DNA from: a virus
Taxonomy: Duplodnaviria > Caudoviricetes
Strand: one strand, 5' to 3'
DNA: 34,200 nt
IMG/VR virus record: IMGVR_UViG_3300032281_001149
Coordinates: 1-34,200 of that record
Below the pieces are notes generated by a model. The model was not told the origin of the DNA, ran no database searches, and saw only the letters and a list, made by a program, of their open reading frames with translations. Shown here in pieces: positions 1 through 9,395 of the stretch; within the stretch, counting starts at the first letter, position 1; the number at the start of each line of letters is the position of its first letter. The position numbers and the translations under genes are program-made.

Positions 1-65
1 AGACATTAAACCCGACTGGATAGGGGTGGCTGGAAAAAGATTCCTTACCACCCCCCCCACCCTAT

Positions 66-340
66 GAGGGTCGAGACGCTCAAACCCACACCCACAGCCA
101 CCTACTCCAGAAGTCGCCTCAGTCACACAATCCCTCAAAACCCTCATAGACCCTCAAAACCCTCTCACTTCCTTGGAAAATCAAGGGTTGCAGCGCGAGA
201 GGGTGGCCATTCAAAAGCTGCATTCGAGAGGGTAGCCTCTTGAAATGGCACCCACTTCCGCCGTCATCGTTCAAATCAGCCTGAAAAGCCGAGAGGGTCG
301 AGAGGGTCGTCTGTTGATTGGTGGGAATAAAAAGAGGGTC
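66..340. repeat. Iteron-like ACCCTC/GAGGGT array, candidate replication origin
   Basis: (A/T)CCCTC at 131, 140, 150 and 159. Inverted GAGAGGGT at 197, 226, 291 and 300, and GAGGGT at 66 and 334. Lies in the non-coding gap downstream of the helicase-like gene. Confidence 0.55.
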
Positions 341-471
341 GGGCGGCGGCGGCGAGCCGTCTGCTTTCCGCCTCCGGCGATGCTGTCGCACACGCGCAGT
401 GATAGCTATGGTGCGCCGTTCGCGGCGTTGCGTTCTTGCCTCATTACTCACCCCTCGCTCACCCCACACCC

Positions 472-495
472 CACGAGCGCATCATGGCGCTCGTG
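472..495 (-). terminator. Hairpin just after the helicase-like gene
   Basis: CACGAGCGC-atcatg-GCGCTCGTG, a perfect 9-bp stem 12 nt past the stop. No U-tract. Confidence 0.35.
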
Positions 496-507
496 CTCAC
501 TCACCTC

Positions 508-2373
508 TCACCCCTCCGCATCGCGGACCTTCTCGACCAGGAGCCTGCGAGGATTCGACCCTGCGAGATTCTTGAATGCCCACACGCTGCCGTCGCTGGC
601 TTTGAAGTGCCGCTCGTGCATCTGCGTCTTGAGCGCCTTACCAAAGCTCGCGGTGCTCTTGCTCCCCATGAATTCCGCCGCCGCTGCCATCGTGGCCGCA
701 TCCACTGTCCCCTGCCCACCGTCCTCGGTCCACAGTGCATCGACATCCTCCGCCGCTGCCTTTTCCACCGACCTCGCCGGTGCTTTGAAATCCTTGCACG
801 CCAGCACCGCCTCGATGCTCGTCTCGGGCCACAGGTAGCCCGTCACCGCGTCCAGCCCATGCCGTCTCGCGATACCCGCAAATTGCCGCACCAGCACCTC
901 AAAGCGATCACGTGGCTTGCCGTCGCCATCCTTGGTGTATTCCTCCACCGCGATCTGCGCCAGTCGCGCAAAGTCCCGGCTCTGCTTGTCGCCGATCTCA
1001 TCATTGCCGCTCGCGATCATGCAGTCCCATTGCTGCTTGAAGAGTCCACCCGTGTGCCACACCACCGCAGGTGCGAACCGCGCCCAGCTCTCGAAGCTCC
1101 CCAGCAATCGCCCAGGCTTCAGCGGCCGTCCCGACTTGTCCCACTCCCGCACCATCGCCCAGCAGGCTGAGAGCACCATCTTGCGGTTTCCTTCATTGCG
1201 GAAAAAATCATCGTCGATCAGTGTCGCCGATACAGGCAGCACACGATCCGTCCCCGTCATCGGGTTCCACAAATCAACGAGCAAACCACGACGCTGCAAG
1301 TCTCGACTCAGCGTGATGTTGTTCCCGCTCCCCATCACCGTCGTCCGGTTCACATAGCGACCCAGCTCCGTGTTATTGCCCATTTTTCTCAGCTCGTGCT
1401 CGTCCTCCTGGATAAAGGTATCGAGCAGGGCTGTTTTGATCGGCTTGCCACCCCAGTCGATGTTATCAAAGTTCACGTAGGGCGAGTGCGTGCGGCACAC
1501 GGTGTCGAGATACTTCGCCAGCTCCTCCTCCTTCTCGTCCTCGAGCGTCTTCACCGCTCTGCTCCCATGGATCGCCCAGGTGATGAGCCACGTCAGATTC
1601 GTCTTCCCGCTCTCTTGGATGTTCGCGTTCACGAAAAACGCCGGAGCACGCCCCCCAAACAGACCGCGCCCAAACATCGTCACCAGGGCCGCCAGCCAGA
1701 TCGCGAAGTCACGCTCCTTCTGTCTCCACGCGAAATACTGCACCAGGTCATGCAGCCACATCACCGCGTCCGTCACCTCCATGTTCTCGTCATACATCAC
1801 CTCGCCCGTCGTCCACGTCTTCGAGTGCGCGTCGTAGCCTTTCCGGCACAGCCTGATCATCGGCAGACCGCGCTCGTCCTGCTCATCGGTAAAGGTCGGC
1901 AGGCACACCGGAGCCACATGCTTCACTTCCGGCAGACTGCGCTTAAAGTCCTCACTCGCCAGGATGATCGACGCTTGGTGGATACTCAGATCACTCTCGA
2001 CCAGGATCTCCTTGCCCGTCAGCGCACCCGCCGCATCCGTCTCCTTCTTCGTCCCCGCATGCAGCACCACCTGCCCTCCTTGGCTCGATGGCAGCCAGGT
2101 GCAAAACGCCAGCGGCTTCATCACCTGAAAGCCTTCCTCACTCTCACTCCACGTCACCACCTCACCCCCACTGCGAAAGATCAGATCACGCCCACGCAGC
2201 ACCTCGATCACCCGCAGCACCAGCTTCTGCGGCACCGGTCTTGACTTCTCCTTGCCCACATACAGCGAGAAGGCCAGCCTCGCCGCCGCGTCCGGCACCT
2301 CCACGCCAGCCGTCCGTGCCAGCGGCTCAAACGCCGCCGCGATCCGTTGCGCTCCATCACTCGCGATCACCAT
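508..2373 (-). CDS. Primase-associated P-loop NTPase/helicase
   Basis: Walker A-like NIQESGKT, Walker B-like YVNFDN, and GSGNN...DLQRR. Overlaps the end of the primase gene. Confidence 0.7.
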   Translation of the reverse strand: MVIASDGAQRIAAAFEPLARTAGVEVPDAAARLAFSLYVGKEKSRPVPQKLVLRVIEVLRGRDLIFRSGGEVVTWSESEEGFQVMKPLAFCTWLPSSQGGQVVLHAGTKKETDAAGALTGKEILVESDLSIHQASIILASEDFKRSLPEVKHVAPVCLPTFTDEQDERGLPMIRLCRKGYDAHSKTWTTGEVMYDENMEVTDAVMWLHDLVQYFAWRQKERDFAIWLAALVTMFGRGLFGGRAPAFFVNANIQESGKTNLTWLITWAIHGSRAVKTLEDEKEEELAKYLDTVCRTHSPYVNFDNIDWGGKPIKTALLDTFIQEDEHELRKMGNNTELGRYVNRTTVMGSGNNITLSRDLQRRGLLVDLWNPMTGTDRVLPVSATLIDDDFFRNEGNRKMVLSACWAMVREWDKSGRPLKPGRLLGSFESWARFAPAVVWHTGGLFKQQWDCMIASGNDEIGDKQSRDFARLAQIAVEEYTKDGDGKPRDRFEVLVRQFAGIARRHGLDAVTGYLWPETSIEAVLACKDFKAPARSVEKAAAEDVDALWTEDGGQGTVDAATMAAAAEFMGSKSTASFGKALKTQMHERHFKASDGSVWAFKNLAGSNPRRLLVEKVRDAEG

Positions 2374-3512
2374 GCTCTCACGGCCTCCTCACCGATGCAG
2401 CCACCGTTGATTGTCGCACCTGGATTAAAATACAGCAGACGCTGCTTCTTCGCCCCGTGCTCAAACGGCACAAAGCGCCCCTCCTTCATCTTCCCCTCGC
2501 GCATCGTGTTCGGCATCCGCATCGCCGCCGTTGGGTTGCTGAGGCTTTGAGGGTCGAAGCCCAGCATCGTCATCACATCACGTGCCGCCGTGCGCATCGC
2601 ACTCCACTCATCATAGTCACGCGCATCCACCCGCACCAGCGCATGCAGACTGCGGCCTGCGCTGCTCGTGATCGCTACAACAGGCAGCCGCACTTGCGCG
2701 ATCGCATTCAGCCACATCGCCTCTGGTGCCTCGTCAGATTCCCACAGCATGTAGCGAAACGCCGCCACACTCTGGATCGTCCGTCGGCTCAGTCGCGGTG
2801 GCGTCGTCCCCTGCACTGCATGCCACTTGCCATCCACCGGCTGGATCATCATCACGCAGCCCTCACGGCTGCCACGTGGCCCGTCCTTCACGCGCTGCGC
2901 CTTCACTTGTGGGTCTTTGCCCAGGGCAAACCACGCGCCCTTGTAGCGCATGTAGTCACCCATTGAGCGCATCGAGGTGAAGCACATCACCATCTCCTGC
3001 GGCGCATAGATCGCGTCGATGAAATCGCCCGTGTCCACCGTCCACGGGTCCACGCTCGATCTCGCCCGCAGCCACGCATGATCACACGTCCAGTCCGCGC
3101 ACTGCACCTTTTTCAGGATCTCCGCATCATAGAGCAGCTTCTCCTTCTTCTTCGCTGGCACATACACCGGCGCATTCTCGTCGCTTGATCCATCCACCAT
3201 CCAGCCACGCGGCTTCGAGTGCGAGGCCCGTGCCGCCGATTGGATCTTGTGCAGCAAGTCACGCTCCGTCCAGTGCGGTGCGCAGGCTTGGTTGTATTCC
3301 TGCATCAGCGTCATCGCATCCACCTCATTGAGTGCGAAGCCATGCACCAGCGCACACGCCACGCCAAACGTCGTCCCGTGCCCACCACTGCCAGCGATGG
3401 CAGGCGGACACGCCGCCACATACTTCCGAGCCCTGCCGATGATGTCCCCTCCAGTCATGCTAGATCGTCTCCCGTCGTTGAATTTTGGTTGTTTTCTCCC
3501 TGCCTCAATCAC
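2367..3512 (-). CDS. DNA primase: PriCT-like helical domain plus RepB/AEP-type catalytic domain (start may be ATG 3458)
   Basis: N-terminal PPAIAGSGGHGTTFGVACALVHGF...PHWTERDLLHKI. Catalytic-type motifs MLWESD, SSAGRSLHALVRV and NPTAAMRMP. Confidence 0.75.
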   Translation of the reverse strand: MIEAGRKQPKFNDGRRSSMTGGDIIGRARKYVAACPPAIAGSGGHGTTFGVACALVHGFALNEVDAMTLMQEYNQACAPHWTERDLLHKIQSAARASHSKPRGWMVDGSSDENAPVYVPAKKKEKLLYDAEILKKVQCADWTCDHAWLRARSSVDPWTVDTGDFIDAIYAPQEMVMCFTSMRSMGDYMRYKGAWFALGKDPQVKAQRVKDGPRGSREGCVMMIQPVDGKWHAVQGTTPPRLSRRTIQSVAAFRYMLWESDEAPEAMWLNAIAQVRLPVVAITSSAGRSLHALVRVDARDYDEWSAMRTAARDVMTMLGFDPQSLSNPTAAMRMPNTMREGKMKEGRFVPFEHGAKKQRLLYFNPGATINGGCIGEEAVRAW

Positions 3513-3518
3513 CGCCCG

Positions 3519-4898
3519 TCAAATCGGCCCCACCCCGATCGCCTTCGCCACCTCAGCGATCACCTTCATCGGCTCATCGCTCGAGTCGCTCTCCGCGCAC
3601 AGCAGCAGCATTAGAGCGCAGCGCATCGGGGCGCGTTGCTTCTTGTCGCCGCGCATCCATTCCATCGCCGCCTCACGGTCGGTGATGCCACGCCAGGCCT
3701 CCAGTGCTCCGGCATCCACATCCGTCGTCAGATGCGCCAGGAAATCCCGCAGCGGCTCCCACGGCGCACTCGTCATCACCAGCGTCGGGTATTCGAGCAG
3801 CTCGTCATAAATTGCGCCCAGGTTGGTGCGCAGCCATTGCCGCAGTTGCTCCACATCCTCCATGGCCTCAGCCTTGATCGGCATCGTGCTCACCGGCGGC
3901 GGCAGCACCTCCACCGTGGTCTCCTGCTCGTCATCGGCGTCATCATCGCTCACCTCGGTCGTCGGCTTCACACTCAGCGCATCGCGCATCATGGACGAGT
4001 TCACCAGCCGCACATGCCCCTCCGCATGCAGTGGAGCCGCCACCACATACACCGGCACACCGATCTGCAGTGCCACCTGTTCCCAGGTGCGGCCTTCGCG
4101 ATCCTTCGGCATCATCACATCGCCAAATTCAAACTCGGGCTGCGGTTGCCCACTCTCGCCCATCGCAAATTCCCGCCGCTCGGCCCACTCCACGAAGTGA
4201 TAGCCCTTCGCCACCTTGTATTTTTTGCGCAGGACGATCTCACGCGCCAGCCACTCTTTCCGCCGCTTCTCCGGCAGCACATAATGCGCCTGGATGTAGG
4301 CCTTCGCCTGTCCATGCGCCATCGGCTCCCCGGTCTCCAGATCCTTGAGGATCATCTGCGTCGCTGCACGTCGGTCCTTTACATCCAGCACCTCCAGCAG
4401 CAGCTCTGCCGTGTTCATGCTTAGTCTTCCGTCACTCAGTGCCGCTCTCGCCGCCTGCGGCAGTTGCTCGCCCAGCTCGAACCATAGCTGCGCACGCTCA
4501 GCAGACACCCCCAGACTCGGAGCCAGTTCATCGGTGCGCATGCCCAGCTTCACACCATTCTCGACCGCCACGATCTTCTCCTCCGCATCCAGCGGATCAT
4601 TGTGCCCGTGATCTTCCAGCAGGAAACGATACGCTGCTGCCTCGTCCTCGTAGTGATGAACCACCTGCGCACACTCCGTCCAGCCCAGTGTGCTCATCGC
4701 CTCGAAGCGCCGATGCCCTTTGAGCAGATAGTCACCATCGACTCTCTCCCACACGTGGATCGCGTCTTGCAGACCCTCACGCGCCAGCGACGACACCAGC
4801 TCCGGCATGCCACGATAATTCGAGCCACGCGGATTCCATTCCCAGAATTTCACACGCTCCAAAGAGCGCACCACCACTTCGTTTTTTGTTTCAGTCAT
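3519..4898 (-). CDS. ParB/Srx N-terminal domain protein
   Basis: NPR...ELVSSLAREGLQDAIHV...LLKGHRRFEAM followed by an HTH-like segment (DELAPSLGVSAERAQ). No ParA seen. Confidence 0.8.
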   Translation of the reverse strand: MTETKNEVVVRSLERVKFWEWNPRGSNYRGMPELVSSLAREGLQDAIHVWERVDGDYLLKGHRRFEAMSTLGWTECAQVVHHYEDEAAAYRFLLEDHGHNDPLDAEEKIVAVENGVKLGMRTDELAPSLGVSAERAQLWFELGEQLPQAARAALSDGRLSMNTAELLLEVLDVKDRRAATQMILKDLETGEPMAHGQAKAYIQAHYVLPEKRRKEWLAREIVLRKKYKVAKGYHFVEWAERREFAMGESGQPQPEFEFGDVMMPKDREGRTWEQVALQIGVPVYVVAAPLHAEGHVRLVNSSMMRDALSVKPTTEVSDDDADDEQETTVEVLPPPVSTMPIKAEAMEDVEQLRQWLRTNLGAIYDELLEYPTLVMTSAPWEPLRDFLAHLTTDVDAGALEAWRGITDREAAMEWMRGDKKQRAPMRCALMLLLCAESDSSDEPMKVIAEVAKAIGVGPI

Positions 4899-4916
4899 AG
4901 ATTTGTTGGTTCAGTG

Positions 4917-5486
4917 TTAGTCTTGGAGTTGCGCCGCGATCCGCAGCAGTTCCTTGGCGGTCATCTCGCAGCCTTGGTGGAAAATGACCGTGCTCTTTCT
5001 CGTCAGCACGTAGGGCGTCTCGATCTTCACTGTGTCGCCAGTTTTTACCTGTGACTCCAGCCACTGCCTTTGTTCTGATAGTCCTCGGATGTGGTTCGCT
5101 GCAAAAACCTGCCGCGTCTGCGCTGGGGTCATGTGCTGCACGTTCACCAGCAGCGTGTCCGTTTGCCCATCCCGCAGCACCAGCACCTCAATCGGCTCGA
5201 TCATCACCCGCTCCTGCTCACTCATTGGCAGACGCTCCAGTTTCCGAGCGGCGGGATACTCCGCTAACAGTAGCTGAGGCGACAACTGGTGCCGGCCGAT
5301 TTTTTCCAGTTGAGACAGCACATCGAGCGGGATGTCGATGGCGTCAGAAATGCCCGCCAAAGACAGTCCACCCTCCTCCAACGCCTCGACGATAAGTTCT
5401 CCGGCCCTGACAAATTCCAAACACCCCGCCGTCAGTGCGTTTTTGATTTCAGCTAACTTGCCCGTCTTTTTTTCGATCGTTTTCAT
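4917..5486 (-). CDS. Hypothetical protein
   Basis: 189-aa ORF whose start overlaps the upstream stop (ATGA). Possible HTH (SLAGISDAIDIPLDVL). Confidence 0.7.
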   Translation of the reverse strand: MKTIEKKTGKLAEIKNALTAGCLEFVRAGELIVEALEEGGLSLAGISDAIDIPLDVLSQLEKIGRHQLSPQLLLAEYPAARKLERLPMSEQERVMIEPIEVLVLRDGQTDTLLVNVQHMTPAQTRQVFAANHIRGLSEQRQWLESQVKTGDTVKIETPYVLTRKSTVIFHQGCEMTAKELLRIAAQLQD

Positions 5487-6376
5487 GCTGCTATTTCTTC
5501 TATTGGTTGTTGTGTTTTCCGTGCCTTGGTGCCGTCATTGAGACGGTTCAAAATCTGATGTTTTTTAAACCACGCCCGTGCGCCCCGTGTGCTGAGCTTC
5601 CCTTTTGCCACAGCGCGCTCGATGGTCTTGATTTGCCAATCGCCGCTGCGAAAATGCGGCGTCAGTTGTGCCACAATCGAAGGCCACTCACGACTTACAT
5701 CGGCCTCCAGTAACTTCTGGTTTTGCAACTTACGAGAGTGATGGTTGATGTTGCGCAGCCTCCATTTCACATATTTATTCTTGTCGGCTAGGCTGCCGAA
5801 AACGGTGTAAGATGAGCAGTCGCCAAACTCTTGAATCAATACTCCTAATGCGCCAAGAAGAGGCGGGTGGATGTATCGGTTAAAAGATGCCTGTCTTTGC
5901 TTCTGCCACTCTGCATTTTGCGCTTGCCCCTCTTTGTAGGCAACGCTCCACCATTTATGGTGCCAAAAATCAGGCGGTGGAAACTGACGATAGTATGCCC
6001 TGTAGCTTTGTTCGCAGCTTATAATTTGTTCTAGAAACCATCTCCACACACTGTCCGTTGGCTGTCTCCGTTTTTCATGTGTGAAACGATTGATCGAAGT
6101 TTGACCAACAAACAATACAAGGTGCCGCTCCCTCCTTTTTAACTGGGTATTAAAGCCAGCCAGCCATGTGTGTTTTCTTTCATGGAGATTCTTTGTTAAA
6201 AACTCATCGCCGCCATGTGGCACATATGCACAATCATTGGTCTTAATTAAAATCCGTTCGTTAGGAAAATAATCAAAATTGCAAGCGTTGGCGTCGTCTA
6301 GATTCCAAAAAATAGTGATCCGCTCAGCGTATTTCACCGCAATCCGCAATGCTAAAGATTGGCAGCGTGTTTTCAT
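5483..6376 (-). CDS. Hypothetical protein, low-GC insert
   Basis: 297-aa ORF with 4-nt overlaps at both ends. Two sampled 60-nt lines are 35-38% GC, far below the flanks. Confidence 0.7.
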   Translation of the reverse strand: MKTRCQSLALRIAVKYAERITIFWNLDDANACNFDYFPNERILIKTNDCAYVPHGGDEFLTKNLHERKHTWLAGFNTQLKRRERHLVLFVGQTSINRFTHEKRRQPTDSVWRWFLEQIISCEQSYRAYYRQFPPPDFWHHKWWSVAYKEGQAQNAEWQKQRQASFNRYIHPPLLGALGVLIQEFGDCSSYTVFGSLADKNKYVKWRLRNINHHSRKLQNQKLLEADVSREWPSIVAQLTPHFRSGDWQIKTIERAVAKGKLSTRGARAWFKKHQILNRLNDGTKARKTQQPIEEIAA

Positions 6377-7149
6377 AATGTAAGCCCCAGCCGTCTTGCC
6401 TCCGCCGCCTCGTGTAACTCATTGAGCACACGTCTCCTTTGCCGCTCGTCGAGCCGCGCAAATGCCTGCTTCATCGGCACGCCCTCATAGGTCTCCGCTG
6501 ACTCCTTACTGCCGCCGGTGCGGTTGTGGTTCCCGAGTTGGACCGACTCATACACAGCCCGCGCCTCGTCCGATTTTTCAAACCAGAATCGAAAACCTCG
6601 CGGCAGCTTGCCCGTGCGCATCATCTCCTCACGCAGTTTGTTCATCGCGGCACACACAGCACTTCGCTTGTTCTCGGCCTTGAGTTGCCACAGCAGGCCG
6701 ATGCTCTCAAAGCTCGGCAGCACCTCGCGCACCACCACACCGCGATTCAGCGCATAGGCCAGCAGCGTCACGCGGCGGCCCGTCTCCCACGGCGTCCGCG
6801 TCCCTAGCATGAGCAGTTCAAACACCGCCTCCGCATCCGCCGCTCTCGGCAGTGCCAGCCCACCATTGCACCGCACCGCGATCCGTTGCATCTCGCGCAC
6901 CATCGCCGCCGACATCGGTGGACAGGCCACAAAAAAGCGCAGCGCCATGATCCACACGCGATACCCCATCTCGGTGATGGTTGGCCGACCCGCCACGGCA
7001 TTATTCGTCACCACCGCAAACAGCGAGTCCTTCGCCAAAGTTTCTTCGTCATCACGACGGCCTTGATGCAGCGCATCGAAGCTCAGTCCGCCCTGGCCGC
7101 GCAGCGCAGCGATGTCGTGATGCTCATTGCTCACAGCAGCCACCCCCAC
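6373..7149 (-). CDS. Hypothetical HTH protein, candidate late-gene transcription factor (start may be GTG 7134)
   Basis: Segment PSFESIGLLWQLKAENKRSAVCAAMNKLREEM resembles a sigma region-4/DnaA-C type HTH by eye. GTG 7134 overlaps the upstream TGA. Confidence 0.6.
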   Translation of the reverse strand: MGVAAVSNEHHDIAALRGQGGLSFDALHQGRRDDEETLAKDSLFAVVTNNAVAGRPTITEMGYRVWIMALRFFVACPPMSAAMVREMQRIAVRCNGGLALPRAADAEAVFELLMLGTRTPWETGRRVTLLAYALNRGVVVREVLPSFESIGLLWQLKAENKRSAVCAAMNKLREEMMRTGKLPRGFRFWFEKSDEARAVYESVQLGNHNRTGGSKESAETYEGVPMKQAFARLDERQRRRVLNELHEAAEARRLGLTL

Positions 7150-7406
7150 TTCGTTTGCAGTTGCTTGCTCGCCACCTTCGCACTGATCTCACAGGCCTGG
7201 ATGCCATTGACGCAGGCCGTCGCATTGCACGTCGCCGTCTTGAGCTCACTCAGCAGTTGCCGCTTATCTTCGAGGCTCACCAGACTCGGTTCCATCGCCA
7301 GCAGCTTGCCGATCCCGTCGATGACACCCGCCCACTTGACCAGGCCTGCGTGAAACTCCGTCCGCAGATGCTCCGGGTGCGTCGCAATTTGTTGCGTCAG
7401 ACTCAT
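7131..7406 (-). CDS. Hypothetical protein
   Basis: 91-aa ORF in an ATGA-coupled chain. Confidence 0.65.
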   Translation of the reverse strand: MSLTQQIATHPEHLRTEFHAGLVKWAGVIDGIGKLLAMEPSLVSLEDKRQLLSELKTATCNATACVNGIQACEISAKVASKQLQTKWGWLL

Positions 7407-7678
7407 CTCGCAGCCCTCCCCGCATCGTGAGACAGGCTGCCAGCCAGTGCTTCCGTGAATGCAGACTCACGCAGGGCCTCCATCGCCTCGCGCAATCTCG
7501 CGATCGCCTCGGGAATCGTGAGCGCCTTCGGCATCTCACACATGCCATCGCGATAAGGCAGCACCTCAAACTCAAACACTCGCACCTGCGTGCGACGTGT
7601 CCCGACTTCCACATCCACCACAAAGCCATGCTTCGCCGGTTGCAGGATCATCACTTCATTCTTCAAGTCATCGCTCAT
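7403..7678 (-). CDS. Hypothetical protein
   Basis: 91-aa ORF with ATGA overlaps at both ends. Confidence 0.65.
   Translation of the reverse strand: MSDDLKNEVMILQPAKHGFVVDVEVGTRRTQVRVFEFEVLPYRDGMCEMPKALTIPEAIARLREAMEALRESAFTEALAGSLSHDAGRAAR
7427..7448 (-). repeat. 22-bp REP-like palindrome copy (in coding sequence)
   Basis: ACTGGCTGGCAGCCTGTCTCAC on the minus strand. Confidence 0.55.
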
Positions 7679-7914
7679 GCTGCCTCCTTTCGGCTCATTG
7701 GATACTCACCCGCCGCGATGCGCAGACTCACGTCCTGCACGTCCGTGAAATTGTAGAACACCGAGTCCTTGCCTCGGCCCGCCTTACGCACACACGGCGA
7801 CAACCACGCCGCCGCGATGGCATCATCGAAGACCTGCCTGCGCAGGTAGTCGATCACCTCGCACTGTGCCATGTGCGCCGGTGGTGGGAAGAGTTGTTTG
7901 CGCTTCGCACTCAT
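7675..7914 (-). CDS. Small DNA-binding protein, possible excisionase
   Basis: 79 aa with a winged-HTH/Xis-like pattern (QCEVIDYL...AAAWLSPC...VFYNFTDV). ATGA coupled. Confidence 0.5.
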   Translation of the reverse strand: MSAKRKQLFPPPAHMAQCEVIDYLRRQVFDDAIAAAWLSPCVRKAGRGKDSVFYNFTDVQDVSLRIAAGEYPMSRKEAA

Positions 7915-8555
7915 GCTGCCACCTCCTTATGCTTCGCATTCCACTCTCTCATGCGTCGATTGTTATCCTCACGGCAACTAGCACACCGAGGTGAGTGATT
8001 GCTCAGTGGACGGCGACAGTCCCGGCACTTTCCTTGGCCCTTCAGCACTGCCGCACGCGCCGTGAAATAAGCCGGGTTAGCCCGACCATCCGGCAGACGA
8101 CTCGGTGGCAGATCGACATACTTTTTGTTGCCCTCCCCTGCCCGCTGACTCAGTCGCAGTCGCTCACACACCCGCGACAGACTCAGGCTCGCCTGACTCG
8201 AAAGCACCGCCTTCGCATGCCAGCGTGCTTGGCGCAGCAGCCACGGCCGCTCCACCTGCACTCGGCCACCAGTCGCCGCCGTGATCAGGTCAAAAATCCC
8301 CTGCACCCCAGGCGAATATAGCTCACACAACAGCCCATTGGCCTCAGCGTGCATGCCCGCCATCTCATTGGGATCGTGACTCCACCAGCCCGCCGCATGC
8401 GTCAGCGCCAGGTCTTGCGCCAGACTCTCCAGCATTGCCGCGCCCAGCAGCCAGCCTGCATCTTCCAGCTCCGGCACCAGTGCCGCGCCAGGCGTCACAT
8501 GGCGGGCTGTTGGCTTCTCGACCTCATAGTGCCTGCCTATCTGCATCCGGGTCAT
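7911..8555 (-). CDS. Hypothetical protein with C-terminal Cys4 zinc finger
   Basis: GKCRDCRRP...RCASCRE. ATGA coupled. Confidence 0.65.
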   Translation of the reverse strand: MTRMQIGRHYEVEKPTARHVTPGAALVPELEDAGWLLGAAMLESLAQDLALTHAAGWWSHDPNEMAGMHAEANGLLCELYSPGVQGIFDLITAATGGRVQVERPWLLRQARWHAKAVLSSQASLSLSRVCERLRLSQRAGEGNKKYVDLPPSRLPDGRANPAYFTARAAVLKGQGKCRDCRRPLSNHSPRCASCREDNNRRMREWNAKHKEVAA

Positions 8556-8908
8556 GACAGCACCTCCTCGCGTGAGCGCATCTCGTGATATTCTGTGATG
8601 CTTTCAGCCTCTTCTTCATCGGCTCCGTCCTCCACCACATGCATCGCCAGATCACGCATGCCTCCACTCACATAAGTCATCGCCAAAATCTCGCGTGCCT
8701 GCTGTTTCACTCTCCGCTGGCCATCGGAATCACCGAGTTTTTTCATCTCGGCTAACTTCTCTTCGAGCTCCTCCAGCTTGCAGTTCAGCTCATCGAGTTC
8801 TTTCTCCAACTGATTGATGTCATCGCTGACCGCTTCAATCTCACGCTCGACCTTCCACATGGGATCAGTCCGAAGTGAGGCCGATGTTGATTTTAGCAGC
8901 GCACTCAT
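8552..8908 (-). CDS. Coiled-coil hypothetical protein
   Basis: Heptad-rich IEAVSDDINQLEKELDELNCKLEELEEKL. ATGA coupled. Confidence 0.65.
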   Translation of the reverse strand: MSALLKSTSASLRTDPMWKVEREIEAVSDDINQLEKELDELNCKLEELEEKLAEMKKLGDSDGQRRVKQQAREILAMTYVSGGMRDLAMHVVEDGADEEEAESITEYHEMRSREEVLS

Positions 8909-9339
8909 GACCGCACCTCCTTATCACAGCGATCCAGCAAGCCATGCTGGCAGCCGATGACCAGGTGCAGACTCTCCTCCGCCTCCTGCCTGCGCCCTTG
9001 GCGCACATGCTCACGCGCCTCGCACGTCTCCACCGCCATCGCACCGATGATGCGTCTCAGCTCCGCGTGAGTCAGGCTGCCAGCCTGTTCAGTGTCGGCC
9101 TGCTCCGCGTCCGGCTCGTTGTCCCACCGCCATTCCTCGCCGGTTACCTCGTCCCAGCAGCGTTCTCTGCGCTCCTGCGACCGCCGCAGGCGTTCCGCCT
9201 CAAGCCATTGCTCATTCCGATACACCGCCGCAGCGGCCCACCAAATGAGCACGCACGCCACCAGTGAGGTCAGCGCCAGCACCAGCGGCACGCTCGGTGT
9301 CGTTAGCATTGCAAATAGTCGATCAAATCCGTTCGTCAT
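8905..9339 (-). CDS. Single-pass membrane hypothetical protein (ORF open to 9414)
   Basis: Hydrophobic VPLVLALTSLVACVLIWWAAAAV. ATG 9339 is preceded by AAGGAGG. Confidence 0.6.
   Translation of the reverse strand: MTNGFDRLFAMLTTPSVPLVLALTSLVACVLIWWAAAAVYRNEQWLEAERLRRSQERRERCWDEVTGEEWRWDNEPDAEQADTEQAGSLTHAELRRIIGAMAVETCEAREHVRQGRRQEAEESLHLVIGCQHGLLDRCDKEVRS
9067..9088 (-). repeat. 22-bp REP-like palindrome copy (in coding sequence)
   Basis: ACAGGCTGGCAGCCTGACTCAC on the minus strand. Confidence 0.65.
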
Positions 9340-9395
9340 ATTGTAGCCTCCTTGGAAAAAAGTTCCCGGCGTTGCCCCGCCGGGTGGGGGTTCCT

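Noticed and set aside
3519-4898. Plasmid-prophage partition system
   Set aside because: No ParA or centromere array was seen, and the phage has an integrase and attP. Solo ParB-domain proteins are common in phage early regions.
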